A stretch of DNA of 64,000 nucleotides, from assembly GCA_035464655.1 (NCBI GenBank), contig DATHRZ010000009.1, positions 1,769-65,768 on the forward strand, written 5' to 3'. The notes under the pieces were generated by a model that worked only from the letters and a program-made list of their open reading frames with translations, was not told the DNA's origin and did no database searches. The stretch comes from Gemmatimonadota bacterium (GTDB lineage Bacteria; Gemmatimonadota; Gemmatimonadetes; Palauibacterales; Palauibacteraceae). Positions 39,652 through 54,344 of the stretch are shown piece by piece; position 1 is the stretch's first letter; every line of letters begins with the position of its first letter. The translations under genes and the position numbers were made by a program.

Positions 39652-41072
39652 GGCGAACACGCGAGTCGGCTCCCGCTAGCGCCTCGCGCGGCAACTACGA
39701 CCGCTCCCTGGTCGAGGGTCCGTTGCTTCCCGCCGTGTGGAAGCTGGCGTGGCCCACGATGCTCCAGAACGTCGTCAGCGGCCTGCAGGGCCTCGTCGAC
39801 CACATCATGGTCGGCAACTACGTCGGGTTCACGGCGAACGCCGCGATCGGCGTGAGCTGGCAGATCTTCCTCGTGGTCGTCGTGTTCATCTCGTCGCTGT
39901 TCACCGGGATGAGCGTGCTGGTCGCACGGTTCACCGGACGCAACGAACCCGACAAGGTCGACCGCACGGTCTACCAGGCGTTTCTCACCGCGATCGGACT
40001 GTCGCTCGGCGTGATGGCGCCACTCGGCTACGTGCTCGCGCCCACTCTGCTCGATTTCGTCAACGCCGCTCCCGCCGTGCAGACCGAGGCGCTCCCCTAC
40101 CTGCGCATCATGTTCGTGTTCAGCGCCGGCACGCTCGTGTTCTTCATGCTGGGGGGCGCGCTGCGCTCGGCTGGCGACGCGAAGACACCGCTGCGGCTGG
40201 GGATCGTCGTCACGGTGCTGAACATCGTGCTGAACGTGATCCTCATCGCGGGCCTGGGGCCGATTCCGGCGTTCGGCACGGCGGGCGCGGCGATGGGGAC
40301 CGTGATCGCCGCCGGCGTCGTGTCGCTGTACGCCCTGTACCGGCTGTGGACGGGCGGGTGGGTGGTTCGCTTCCCGCACGGCGGGCCATGGGGGCCCGAC
40401 TGGGGCATCATCCGCGAATTGTTCCGGTTCGGGCTGCCGACCGGCATCCAGGGAATCGCGATGAACGTGGGCGGCGTGCTGCTGCTGTCGTTCGTCGGTT
40501 CGCTGGCTACCAGCGCCGCCGCCCAGGCCGCCTACGCCGTCTCCTATACGCAGCTGTTCTCGCTCATCACCTGGACGGCGGTCGGGCTGATGGGCGCCGC
40601 CGCCGCGGTGGCGGGTCAGAACCTGGGGGCCGGGCGACCCGACCGGTCGGCCGGCGCCGTGCACGTGGCCGCCGGCATCGGGCTGACCACGGCCGCCTTC
40701 GCGGGCCTGCTGTTCTTCTTCCTCCCGCGTCAGCTGCTCGCGCTGTTCGGCATGAACGACCCGGTGGCCGTGGAGCTCAGCGTGCAGCTCCTGCGGGTGC
40801 TCGCGTTCTCGGGCCTGTTCATCGCCGTCGCCCTGACCTACACGGGGGGTCTACAGGGCACGGGCGACACGAAGAGCCCGCTCTACATCTCGATCGTTTC
40901 TCAGGTCGTCCTTCCGATCGGGATGTGCTTCGCGATTCAGCAGCTCTCGACCCTCGACGCGATGGACATCTGGATCGCGATCCTGCTGGGGCACGTGACA
41001 CGCTGCGCGCTCAGCGTACTCGTGTTCCGGCGCGGGAAGTGGCGGGGCATCGAGGTGGACATCAGCCGCTGA
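39648..41072 (+). CDS. MATE family efflux transporter
   Basis: LAWPTMLQN, DHIMVG, ALRSAGDAKTPL, LN.ILI and GLQGTGDTKSP; 12 TM helices. Confidence 0.92.
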   Translation: MRRTRESAPASASRGNYDRSLVEGPLLPAVWKLAWPTMLQNVVSGLQGLVDHIMVGNYVGFTANAAIGVSWQIFLVVVVFISSLFTGMSVLVARFTGRNEPDKVDRTVYQAFLTAIGLSLGVMAPLGYVLAPTLLDFVNAAPAVQTEALPYLRIMFVFSAGTLVFFMLGGALRSAGDAKTPLRLGIVVTVLNIVLNVILIAGLGPIPAFGTAGAAMGTVIAAGVVSLYALYRLWTGGWVVRFPHGGPWGPDWGIIRELFRFGLPTGIQGIAMNVGGVLLLSFVGSLATSAAAQAAYAVSYTQLFSLITWTAVGLMGAAAAVAGQNLGAGRPDRSAGAVHVAAGIGLTTAAFAGLLFFFLPRQLLALFGMNDPVAVELSVQLLRVLAFSGLFIAVALTYTGGLQGTGDTKSPLYISIVSQVVLPIGMCFAIQQLSTLDAMDIWIAILLGHVTRCALSVLVFRRGKWRGIEVDISR

Positions 41073-41109
41073 GGACAGCCGGCGGCGACGGCGCTCCGCG
41101 ACGACGCTC

Positions 41110-43599
<2,490 letters not shown>

Positions 43600-43723
43600 C
43601 TCGTCCTCGTGCTGCGTCGCGGATCCGGTGAATCGAAGCGCGTAACATGGCACGCGTACCCGGCCACGACAACGATCGTCGGCTTGCCACTCCCGGTCCT
43701 CGCGGCTACCCTCAGCCTCAGCC

Positions 43724-44410
43724 ATGAACTCCACGAGATCGCCCGAAAAGGTGCACCCGGGAATCGCGCTGGCGCTCCTGACGTCGCTTCGGGATCAGGA
43801 CACGCCCGACGAGGCCATCGAAGACGAGGCCTTCGCGCACAGCCTTCCCCGTCGCCTCGGACTGAACGACGTCGTCAACGTCCAGATGCACCGCTATGCC
43901 GACCTGACAGAGGCCGGCCGGTCGCTGGCGCTGTCGGAGTTCCTCGACCTCGTGCGGCTGATCTCCCGCCGGCCCGATGCCGTCGAGATATTCCGCCGCG
44001 CCGGGGCCGCCCTGGCGGCGGAGCGGTTCGCCGATACGGGTCCCCTGCGACGCGCCGCGCGGCGCCTGTCCACCGAGAAGGCGCGGCGCCGCAAGTTGCG
44101 GCGCTCGATGACGCGGGCCGCGAAGGCGCTCTCGCCCGGTGCCGACATCGAGGCGGATCGCGATCCGCCCGGGATGGTGATCGCCGACTGCGCCCTCGCC
44201 CCGGTCGGCATCGACGGCAATGCCTGCGAAATTCTAACGGCGGTGCTCGACACCTGCGTGGCCGAACTGTGGGACCCGGAGCGCTCGGCTCGGCACGTCG
44301 AGTGCCGCGGCCGCGGCGACACGCGCTGCGCCTGGCAGGTGATCGACAGGGCCGACGGGAACGGAACCGCTGCCGAACCCCGGCAGACCGACGCCCGGGC
44401 CGCCGGCTAG
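43724..44410 (+). CDS. Hypothetical protein with V4R-like C-terminal domain
   Basis: C-terminal HVECRGRGDTRCAWQV matches the V4R E-x-C-x3-G-x3-C pattern. Confidence 0.65.
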   Translation: MNSTRSPEKVHPGIALALLTSLRDQDTPDEAIEDEAFAHSLPRRLGLNDVVNVQMHRYADLTEAGRSLALSEFLDLVRLISRRPDAVEIFRRAGAALAAERFADTGPLRRAARRLSTEKARRRKLRRSMTRAAKALSPGADIEADRDPPGMVIADCALAPVGIDGNACEILTAVLDTCVAELWDPERSARHVECRGRGDTRCAWQVIDRADGNGTAAEPRQTDARAAG

Positions 44411-44423
44411 CGCGGTACCGGCC

Positions 44424-45383
44424 GTGGACCGGCGTCGATTTCTCGCGCGCGCGGCTGGCGCGCTGGTCGCTCTCGGTTTTGCGCGGCGCGAAGGCCACGC
44501 GCTATGGCCGCGGCCCCTCCTTCCGGGCCCGGCCTACCGGATCTCACTCGCCCAGTGGTCGCTGCACCGAACGCTGCGGGCGAGTGAGCTCGACCCGCTC
44601 GACTTTCCGGTGTTCGCCCGCGAACGGTTCGGCCTCGACGCCGTCGAATACGTGAATGCGTTCTTCGCCGACCGGGCGCACGACCACATGTACCTCGACG
44701 AACTGCGGCGCCGGGCCGACGGGGCGGGGGTACGCAGCCTGCTCGTCATGGTCGACGGCGAGGGCCGGCTGGGCGACCCCGACCCCGATGCCCGGACCCG
44801 GGCCGTCGAGCGCCATCGTCCGTGGGTCGACGCCGCCGTGCGCCTCGGCTGCCACAGCATCCGCGTGAACGCCGCCTCGGAGGGCACTCGCCAGGAAGCT
44901 GCGGCGCTCGTCGCCGACGGCCTGGCCCGGCTGACCGACTATGCGGCGGTCGTGGGATTGAACGTGATCGTCGAGAACCATGGCGGCCTTTCGTCCGACG
45001 GCACGTGGCTCGCCGGCGTCATCCGGCGGGTCGACCACCCGCGCTGCGGAACCCTGCCCGATTTCGGCAATTTCACCCTCGCCGACGGAAGCCGCTACGA
45101 CCCATACCGCGGCGTAGCCGAGCTGATGCCGTTCGCCCGTGCCGTGAGCGCGAAGAGCTACGACTTCGACGAGCATGGTAACGAGACGTCGATCGACTAC
45201 CGGCGGATGATGGAGATCGTCGTCGACGCCGGCTACGCCGGCTACGTGGGCATCGAGTACGAGGGAGACCGGCTGCCGGAGGTCGAGGGCATCGAGGCGA
45301 CTCGGGATCTGCTCGCCTCCGTTCGCGATGCGATCGAAGCCGGCGTCGAACCCGCACCCGGGCCGGAGCGGCCGGGCTTCTAG
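44424..45383 (+). CDS. Sugar phosphate isomerase/epimerase (TIM barrel), probable Tat substrate
   Basis: DRRRFL twin-arginine leader; ISLAQWSLHR, IVENHGG, GTLPDFGNF, VSAKSYDF and GIEYEG. Confidence 0.88.
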   Translation: MDRRRFLARAAGALVALGFARREGHALWPRPLLPGPAYRISLAQWSLHRTLRASELDPLDFPVFARERFGLDAVEYVNAFFADRAHDHMYLDELRRRADGAGVRSLLVMVDGEGRLGDPDPDARTRAVERHRPWVDAAVRLGCHSIRVNAASEGTRQEAAALVADGLARLTDYAAVVGLNVIVENHGGLSSDGTWLAGVIRRVDHPRCGTLPDFGNFTLADGSRYDPYRGVAELMPFARAVSAKSYDFDEHGNETSIDYRRMMEIVVDAGYAGYVGIEYEGDRLPEVEGIEATRDLLASVRDAIEAGVEPAPGPERPGF

Positions 45384-46231
45384 CCCTCCGGCGGTTCGAC
45401 GTGCACGACCACGTCCGAGAACCCGCCGGTCTCCTTGAGCGCTTCCTCCACCAGGTCGGCGATCCGGTGCCCCTCGGCCACCGTCAGGCCACCGTCGATT
45501 TCGATCGTGAGCTCCGCGAAGGCGTTGGCGTTCCGGCGTCCGCGCGAGCGCACCTCCCGCACGCCGCGCACGCCGTCCAACCCGCCGACGAAGGTCTCGA
45601 TGCGCTCCGCGTCGACGGCGACGCTGTCGACCAGAACCGGAATCGTCCCCTTGAGAATCTGGAACCCGCTGTAGGCGATCATTCCGGCGACGAGAATAGC
45701 GAGCCAGGCATCGGCATCTCCCCAGCCGAAGGCGACGAGGGCGAGTCCACCGATCACGGCGACCGTAACGAGCACGTCGGAGGCCGTGTGCCGTGCATCG
45801 GCGGCGAGAATCTGCGAATCGTGGCGCCGGGCGTACATGATCTCGGTGCTGGCGACCAGCGCGTTGAACACCATCGTGACCCCGAGCAGCCAGAAGGTGA
45901 GGGCGTCGGGACGCGGAGGCGGGGCGCCGGCGAGCAGCCGGCCGACGGCACCCGTCACGAGTTCGAACGCCGTGATCGACAAGAAGCTCACGACGGCGAG
46001 GGCGCCGAGCGTCTCGAACTTCCCGTGCCCGTACGGATGCTCCGCGTCGGGCGGCCGGGCCGCCGCGCGCACGGCGAACAGCCCGATCACGTTGTTGAGC
46101 GCGTCGAAGCCCGAGTGGGCCGCGTCGCCCAGCACTGAGAGCGAATCGGCCCGCAACCCGACGAACAGCTTTAGCCCCACGACCACCAGGTTCGCCAACA
46201 GGACGACGACGAGGACCCGGCGAACCGTCAC
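45380..46231 (-). CDS. Cation diffusion facilitator family transporter
   Basis: DAAHS..D, PPD.EHPYGHGKFE, ADARH..SD and VVHVEP. Confidence 0.93.
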   Translation of the reverse strand: MTVRRVLVVVLLANLVVVGLKLFVGLRADSLSVLGDAAHSGFDALNNVIGLFAVRAAARPPDAEHPYGHGKFETLGALAVVSFLSITAFELVTGAVGRLLAGAPPPRPDALTFWLLGVTMVFNALVASTEIMYARRHDSQILAADARHTASDVLVTVAVIGGLALVAFGWGDADAWLAILVAGMIAYSGFQILKGTIPVLVDSVAVDAERIETFVGGLDGVRGVREVRSRGRRNANAFAELTIEIDGGLTVAEGHRIADLVEEALKETGGFSDVVVHVEPPEG

Positions 46232-46410
46232 CGGCGGAGCTTCTCATAGATCCAGTCGACCAGCATCTCGAACGGCGACATGCGGGGCACCTTCCCGGTC
46301 GACTCGTATTTCTCGTACAGTCCGGGGTACCCGAGGCCGATCCAGATGCCGAGGGCGAACGCCAGCACCCCTCCGGCGATGATCAGGATCAGCAGCGTAA
46401 GATCGCTCAT
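46228..46410 (-). CDS. Small single-TM membrane protein (60 aa)
   Basis: MSDLTLLILIIAGGVLAFALGIWIGLGYPG..; GTGA overlap with the CDF start. Confidence 0.6.
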   Translation of the reverse strand: MSDLTLLILIIAGGVLAFALGIWIGLGYPGLYEKYESTGKVPRMSPFEMLVDWIYEKLRR

Positions 46411-46505
46411 GCGCGGGATGTACCCCAGGTGGCTTCCGGTTGCGGCGCTCGGCCAACGATCCCTAATCTCACCCATCGGAACCCACACGCAACCAGAGAG
46501 GCGAC

Positions 46506-48458
<1,953 letters not shown>

Positions 48459-48551
48459 CGGGTTCCGACGGCCCTTCGCGAGCTGCAACCCGCTGGACGG
48501 CGCGGCTTGATGCTCGCTCCGGGCCGTCGGAACCCGCCCCACGTATCGCGG

Positions 48552-49514
48552 CTAGGGGGGAACGGCGGGGTCTTCCGGGTCTGGTGGCGGCTCGCTCGGC
48601 TCGATAGGGGTGACTTCGGCGGCGGCCGGGGGCTCGCGGACTTCCAGGGGCACATCCTCCGCCGCGGGTTCCTCGATGCCGAGGCGGCGGTCGAGGAAGG
48701 TGACCTGGCGCATGCGCTCGAGCAGGGTTTCGACGCGGCGGGCGTAGTAGGTGCTCGTGACGCCCGGGTGCCACTGGCTCGGGCGCGGCAGGGCTGCGGC
48801 TAGCATGGCCGCCTCACGTTGCGACAGCGCCGAGGCGGGCTTGCCGAAATAGTGGCGTCCGGCGGCCTCAGCGCCGTATATGCCGGGACCGAATTCCACC
48901 ACGTTCAGGTACAGTTCGAGGATTCGGTCCTTGGTCAGGTGCCCCTCGAGCTGCTTCGTCAGGATCACCTCTCGCCCTTTGCGCAACGGGTTGCGCGACG
49001 GGCTGAGCCACAGGTTCTTGGCGAGTTGCTGGGTGATCGTCGAGGCGCCGCGCGGTGCCTCCCTCTCTTCGATCGCCCGGCGAATCGCCTGCTCGATCTC
49101 GTGGGTCGAAAAACCCCCGTGCGAGAAGAATTCGAGGTCCTCGCCGACGATGACGGCCTCCTCGAGGTGCGGCGAGATCCGCGAGGCGGGTACCCACGTC
49201 CACGCGGGCGCGCGGCCCGACCGTTCGACGTACCGGTCGATGAACGCCGTGCGGTCGGGGTTGGCGTCGCGGAGCGCGGCCACGTCGGGCCAGGTCAACG
49301 CCTCGTACCCCACCCAGAGCGCTCCGAAGCCGACGAGCCCGGCCGCGAGGCGCCGGAGGATTCTTCGGCGCGCGGGCGCCGATGTCAGGGACTCGTCGGA
49401 ATCTCGCTCCCGTGACACGCCGTGCACATCTGCGGGTTCGCCCTCAGGAGCGTCTCCGCGTCGAAGTCCGGACCGTGCGGATCGATTCCGCGCCCACCGG
49501 TCGAGGAATGACAT
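48552..49514 (-). CDS. mtgA: Monofunctional peptidoglycan transglycosylase (start uncertain, likely downstream of 49514)
   Basis: GT51 motifs GED..FF.H.GF, RGASTITQQLAKNL, RK..E and ILELYLN.VEFG.GIYG.EAA..YF. Confidence 0.9.
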   Translation of the reverse strand: MSFLDRWARNRSARSGLRRGDAPEGEPADVHGVSRERDSDESLTSAPARRRILRRLAAGLVGFGALWVGYEALTWPDVAALRDANPDRTAFIDRYVERSGRAPAWTWVPASRISPHLEEAVIVGEDLEFFSHGGFSTHEIEQAIRRAIEEREAPRGASTITQQLAKNLWLSPSRNPLRKGREVILTKQLEGHLTKDRILELYLNVVEFGPGIYGAEAAGRHYFGKPASALSQREAAMLAAALPRPSQWHPGVTSTYYARRVETLLERMRQVTFLDRRLGIEEPAAEDVPLEVREPPAAAEVTPIEPSEPPPDPEDPAVPP

Positions 49515-49609
49515 GCGAGGCAATCTCGCTCGACGTGACACGAGGCGCACGTCTCGAGATTGAAGCGCGCCGCGGCCCCGTGGGGCAGCACCGTGATGTT
49601 GACGCGATC
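49385..49609 (-). other. Orphan 3-heme cytochrome module (74 codons) in the +1 frame directly after the stop of the 16-heme gene
   Basis: HGAAARFNLETCASCHVERDCLACH..PHGPDFD..CTACH; 30/57 identical without gaps to the C-terminus of the upstream gene; no signal peptide or SD. Confidence 0.8.
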
Positions 49610-51089
49610 AGGGGAGGATCTGCCTTGCCGCATGGCAGACGGCGCACGACTGGAGGCTGGCGTTCGACACGCGGTCCGGATCGAAGTCCGGACCGTGGGG
49701 ACTGATGCGAAGTCCCGACTTGGCGGAATGGCAACGCAGGCAGGATGTCTGCTGATGGCAGGACGAACAGGCCTCGAGACCCTGGCGCGCCGCCCGCCCG
49801 TGCTCGAACAACCAATCGGGCTGGGCATCGTGGAAGGCACCACCCGCGCCGTCGGCGACGCCGACCGTCACCCCGACGCCCTGATGACAGCTTCGACAGA
49901 ACGCCTCGGTCGAATGACAGTCAGTGCAGCTGGTCTGCACCGCGAACGCCTCCGCTCCGTGCCGCTGCAGGAAGTTCTCCGGATGATACCCGGACGTCGG
50001 CGAATTCATCGGTACCGCTGCGTCTCCCCGCGCGGACCGAGTCGGAACCGCGTCGTGACACGCTGCACATTCCCGTTCCACGTGGCACGAAGTGCAGTTC
50101 GGAAGATTGGCCGCCGCCGCAGCGGCATGCTGCGACCCGAAGTCCGGGATGTGGCCGGGCGCTCGCGTCCGCGCGACAGTGACGCCCGCGAGGCCCACCT
50201 CGGAGGGATCCGGCAGCGCGGCGATCTCGGGTATGCGGGCCTCTCCGTGGCACGTGCGGCAGCTCGGCTCGGCATGGCACGACGCGCACGATAGCGAACC
50301 CCCGACCACGCGCTTCGCGTGACTGAACTCCCAGCCGTCCTCCCGGTGGCTCTCGGGCTCCGGCCACTCTCCGGCCCGTCCCGCGAGCAGCTCTGCGACG
50401 CGCCGATCCGACCCAAGGGAACGGATCTCGTCGAGCTCGGCGGCATTCAGGTGGCAGCGGGCACAGCTCTCCTCGGCGTGACAGACCGCGCAACTCCCCA
50501 GCTCTGCTTCCGCCGCCTCCCCGTGCGACAGGATGAACGATTCGGCCGCGTGTGTAGGAGGTTCCGGAAATGCCGCGATACGCGAGACGGACAACTCCGG
50601 AACTTCGACCAGGATGGCGTGGCACTCTGCGCAGACGGCTTCGTCGGCCAGATGCTCCGGAGCCTCGTGTGCGTGACAGCTCACGCAGATCTCGGGTGCG
50701 GCCCGCGTGATCGCCATACTTGGCAGATCCGGCTGCAGCGGGCCGTGGCACCCGGCACAACGCAACTCTTCGTCGCCCGCGGCATGCACCGCCTCGACGT
50801 GCCGCACGTGTACGAACTCGAGGTTCGATGCGGTACGCGTCGGGGCCGCCCACGTCACGGTGTTCTCACGCTCCCCGTCGTGGCAGCGGATACAGTCGCG
50901 CGGTTCGACGGAGAAGTACCGATCTTCGTCGCCCTCCGGGATACCGGCATGGCAGCCGAGGCAGGTGGGGAACAGCCCGGCGTGCGCCTCGTGGGGAAAG
51001 CCGTCGGAATGGACCATCGAGACGACCACGCCGCCGGTCAATCCGATCGCGACCGATGTCAGCAGTGCCAGCACAATTCGCCGGATCAT
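49608..51089 (-). CDS. Multiheme c-type cytochrome, 16 CXXCH
   Basis: N-terminal signal/TM; 16 CXXCH counted; repeating H-x(8-9)-H..CXXCH-x4-5-CXXCH units; ATGA overlap with the porin gene. Confidence 0.92.
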   Translation of the reverse strand: MIRRIVLALLTSVAIGLTGGVVVSMVHSDGFPHEAHAGLFPTCLGCHAGIPEGDEDRYFSVEPRDCIRCHDGERENTVTWAAPTRTASNLEFVHVRHVEAVHAAGDEELRCAGCHGPLQPDLPSMAITRAAPEICVSCHAHEAPEHLADEAVCAECHAILVEVPELSVSRIAAFPEPPTHAAESFILSHGEAAEAELGSCAVCHAEESCARCHLNAAELDEIRSLGSDRRVAELLAGRAGEWPEPESHREDGWEFSHAKRVVGGSLSCASCHAEPSCRTCHGEARIPEIAALPDPSEVGLAGVTVARTRAPGHIPDFGSQHAAAAAANLPNCTSCHVERECAACHDAVPTRSARGDAAVPMNSPTSGYHPENFLQRHGAEAFAVQTSCTDCHSTEAFCRSCHQGVGVTVGVADGAGGAFHDAQPDWLFEHGRAARQGLEACSSCHQQTSCLRCHSAKSGLRISPHGPDFDPDRVSNASLQSCAVCHAARQILP

Positions 51090-52546
51090 CGCTGCCCCCC
51101 GGTGTCCGTTCCGAAGCTGTAGGAGAGCGAGCCGTATACGCGAACTTGTGTCCAGTCACCGTCCACCGGGCGCTCCTTAGCTTCGATCCAGTATACGGCG
51201 CCGCCGGCGTTCAACGACAACTCGCCAAGTCCGATTGCGCCGTCGACACCCACGCCCGACACGATCTGCTCGTTGAGCCGGAACTCGCCGAACGCCTGGG
51301 TGACCGTTCCGCGGAATGACAGATGTGTATGGTCGTCGAAGAAGCGGCCGAGACGAACATCACCACCGGAACGCGCGGCCCCGAAGCCTCGCTCACTATG
51401 GTACCCTCCCGAAGCAAACCACGGCCCGCCCCGCCAGTCGGCATTAGCGAGTATCCGCCAGCCGTCGTCCCGGAGGCCGGATTCGGCCGGCCCGGCACTC
51501 GTCTCCTCGTAGCTTCGGCGCGCGCCACCGGCCCGCAGCTGGAGACCGAGCGAAGGCGCGGACCAGGCCAGTGACAGGCGGCCCTCGTTGAAACCGACCG
51601 GGTTGAACGCGCCCCATATCGTCCAGAGCTCGAAGAACGGGGTATAGTGGCGCGCCTCGGCCGTGGCCTCGAGACGCGACACGACGGGCGTGTTGACGCG
51701 GAGGCGCAGATCGTTGAACTGCTCGTAGCTGAAGTCGTACTCGCCCGACGCTTCGACGACGGCCGGACCGAGGAACGCCCTGGCGTCGAGCGCAAGGCGC
51801 TCGGTGTACAGCGCGAGTCGATCGGTCCGGATCTCGCGCTGGTAACTGACGCGACCCGAGGCGATGTCGCCGATCCGGGCACCCGCTTCCGCCCCGAGAA
51901 TGAACCCCCGGTCGTCGGGCGCGAGGGGATCCGAGCGGGCCAGCAGGTCGCCCGAACGCGGGAAATTTAATCCGCGGGCGAGTGCCCATCCTCCGTACAC
52001 TTCCACCCAGAGCGGGTCCCATTTTCGCCACAGGAAGGCGCCGCCGTCGAAGTTGTAGTAGCCCAGCCCGTCGCGGCGGACCAGGCGACCGGCCCGGGCC
52101 CGGAACAGTGATCGGTCGTAGTCGAGGTAGGCGCTGACCGCCTCGAATTTCTCCGATGACAGCGGCCAGAAGTCGTCGGTCCCGTAGCGTCCTCGCACAT
52201 GTACGCGGGCGGAGAGCCCCTGGATCCCGCTCCAACCCGTGACTCGCGCCTCCTGCGTAGTGACGCCGACGGACTCGACCTCGCCGGCGCCGAACCAGCG
52301 ACAGAAATCGCCCTGCAGACAGGTGACGACGGTCCCGTCCGGGAGGCGGCGGCGGAGCGATGTCCCTTCCACCTCTTCCACCGGCAGGCTGTCCCTGACC
52401 AGAGGTCGGACCTCCAGATAGCTCCCTCCGACCGTGACTTCCGCGCGGTATCCCTGCCCCGCGACAGGCTCGGCCGTCACCAGCGCAAACGAGATCGAGC
52501 CCGCGGCGAGCACGATGCCGCGGCCCCACGAAGGCATCCCCGTCAT
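51086..52546 (-). CDS. Putative outer-membrane beta-barrel (porin of a porin-cytochrome complex)
   Basis: Signal peptide; about 20 amphipathic aromatic-ended strands (e.g. SAYLDYD, WVEVYGGW, GRLSLAW, VRVYGSLSYSF); flanked by multiheme genes. Confidence 0.75.
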   Translation of the reverse strand: MTGMPSWGRGIVLAAGSISFALVTAEPVAGQGYRAEVTVGGSYLEVRPLVRDSLPVEEVEGTSLRRRLPDGTVVTCLQGDFCRWFGAGEVESVGVTTQEARVTGWSGIQGLSARVHVRGRYGTDDFWPLSSEKFEAVSAYLDYDRSLFRARAGRLVRRDGLGYYNFDGGAFLWRKWDPLWVEVYGGWALARGLNFPRSGDLLARSDPLAPDDRGFILGAEAGARIGDIASGRVSYQREIRTDRLALYTERLALDARAFLGPAVVEASGEYDFSYEQFNDLRLRVNTPVVSRLEATAEARHYTPFFELWTIWGAFNPVGFNEGRLSLAWSAPSLGLQLRAGGARRSYEETSAGPAESGLRDDGWRILANADWRGGPWFASGGYHSERGFGAARSGGDVRLGRFFDDHTHLSFRGTVTQAFGEFRLNEQIVSGVGVDGAIGLGELSLNAGGAVYWIEAKERPVDGDWTQVRVYGSLSYSFGTDTGGQR

Positions 52547-53229
52547 GGCCGTAGCACCTCCGGGCTATTCAGCAGATGGCACTCGATACACGCTCCCGGT
52601 TGTTCGTGATCGCGCTGGCCGACGTGGCAGGAGACGCAGAAGTTCCGTTCATCCAGCATCGACGCGTAGTCCACGCCCTCGGCGACGTGGCACCCGGCCG
52701 TGCCGCAGCCGGCCAGGTCCACGTGCACGTCCTCCGCGTGGACGCCGATCGGTGGCTCCGAGTGGCAGGCCAGGCAGTCGCTCCCCGCCTTGTGGTGGTC
52801 GGTGTGACAGCTGGAGCACTGCGCCTGTGCCTTCAGAACCGCGTCGCCGGTGTGACACGAGGAGCACGAGACGCCTCCATGGATACCGTGATCGAACGTC
52901 AGCGAGCGATTACGCTCCACGTTGGACGGAAGTTGAAATGTCACGAGCCGCCGCAACGGTTCGGGAGCGATCTCTTCAGCCGCGTGACAGCGCTGACACT
53001 GTCCGTATCCGACATTCACGTGGTGGCAATCGGCGCACCACGTCCGATTCGACACCGTCGTCGCGCTACCGGTACTATGGCAGTCAGCACACTGATAGGC
53101 TGCGTGGACCTCATGCTGGAAGCGGGACAAGTCGGAGATTTCCTGCGCACGAGAAGCCGACGGCAGGACGAGTGCCACCAGCACTGCCGCTGAGCAACGT
53201 GTGACCACGAGCCGCCCGGGCGTGGTCAT
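52543..53229 (-). CDS. Periplasmic nonaheme cytochrome c (8 CXXCH + 1 CX4CH)
   Basis: ATG 53229 overlaps the cytb stop; signal peptide ending ASRA-Q; motifs counted. Confidence 0.9.
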   Translation of the reverse strand: MTTPGRLVVTRCSAAVLVALVLPSASRAQEISDLSRFQHEVHAAYQCADCHSTGSATTVSNRTWCADCHHVNVGYGQCQRCHAAEEIAPEPLRRLVTFQLPSNVERNRSLTFDHGIHGGVSCSSCHTGDAVLKAQAQCSSCHTDHHKAGSDCLACHSEPPIGVHAEDVHVDLAGCGTAGCHVAEGVDYASMLDERNFCVSCHVGQRDHEQPGACIECHLLNSPEVLRP

Positions 53230-54344
53230 GGTCCGCCTGCCGTCACATCGGGTACGGCTTCCGTATAGCCGAGATAGGTCATCACGAGGATGAAGATGAT
53301 CATGGCCCACCACACGTACTGCAGGTAATCGAGGGCGGCGTGCGCCTTCTCTCCTTCGCGCCGACGGTCGATGAACGGCACGAAGACGAGCACGACGGCC
53401 GCCAGGCCGAACCCGAGGATTCCCACGATCTCGCCCTCGATGCCGAGAATGTGCGCCGGCAAGTACTTCAACGTCTGGAACATGAACATGAAGTACCACT
53501 CCGGCTTGATTCCCGCGGGCGCCGACGCGAAGGGGTCCGCTTTCTCTCCCAACTCGGCCGGCAAATACGCCGCCAGCGCAGCGACGATCGCCAGTGCCGC
53601 CAACCAGCCCACGAGATCGCGGAGCAAGAAATGCGGCATGAAGGGTAGCGAGCGTCCAGTCCGTCCGCTCCGCTCGACGCTGGGGGGCGTGCTCATTCCG
53701 TGCTTCTGAACCAGGTAGACGTGGAGAGCGAGGAGCCCGACGATCAGCGTCGGCAGCACGGCGGCGTGGAAGGCGTAGAACCTGGTAAGCGTGGCACCAC
53801 TCACGTCGTCACCACCACGCAGGAGCCGCAGCATGCCTTCGCCGACCACCGGCACGACCCCGACGATCTGCGTACCGACACGCGTCGCAAAGTACGCTAG
53901 CTGATTCCACGGGAGAAGATAGCCGGTGAAGCCGAACCCCAGCGATATGACCAGTAGACCCGCCCCGGTGAGCCACGTGAGCTCGCGTGGGGGACGGTAC
54001 GCGCGCAGCAACAGAACGCTGAACATGTGCAGGAACAGCGTGGCGATCATCAGGTTTGCCGCCCAGTGGTGGATCGACCGGATCAGCCAGCCGAACTTCA
54101 CTTCGGTCATGATGAAGCGGATCGACTCGTACGCTTCGGATGCACTTGGACGGTAGTAGAACAGGAGCAGAATGCCGGTACCGACCTGGACGATGAACAG
54201 GAAGAGCGTCATCCCGCCCAGGTAGTACCAGATCGTGTGCTTGTGGACCGGAACTTCCTTCTTACGCGCGAGGCGCTCGAAGCCGGCCAGGCCGAGCCGG
54301 CTGTCGAACCACTCCCAGAGACGACCGCGCTCGCCGAAAGCCAT
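53226..54344 (-). CDS. Cytochrome b subunit of a Rieske/cytb (bc-type) complex
   Basis: [39 protein letters not shown] and the Qo motif PEWYF. Confidence 0.95.
   Translation of the reverse strand: MAFGERGRLWEWFDSRLGLAGFERLARKKEVPVHKHTIWYYLGGMTLFLFIVQVGTGILLLFYYRPSASEAYESIRFIMTEVKFGWLIRSIHHWAANLMIATLFLHMFSVLLLRAYRPPRELTWLTGAGLLVISLGFGFTGYLLPWNQLAYFATRVGTQIVGVVPVVGEGMLRLLRGGDDVSGATLTRFYAFHAAVLPTLIVGLLALHVYLVQKHGMSTPPSVERSGRTGRSLPFMPHFLLRDLVGWLAALAIVAALAAYLPAELGEKADPFASAPAGIKPEWYFMFMFQTLKYLPAHILGIEGEIVGILGFGLAAVVLVFVPFIDRRREGEKAHAALDYLQYVWWAMIIFILVMTYLGYTEAVPDVTAGGP

Noticed and set aside
51086-53229. Direct naming as MtrB/MtrA
   Set aside because: The barrel is much shorter than MtrB and the cytochrome is a 9-heme with different spacing from decaheme MtrA/DmsE; analogous, not demonstrably orthologous.
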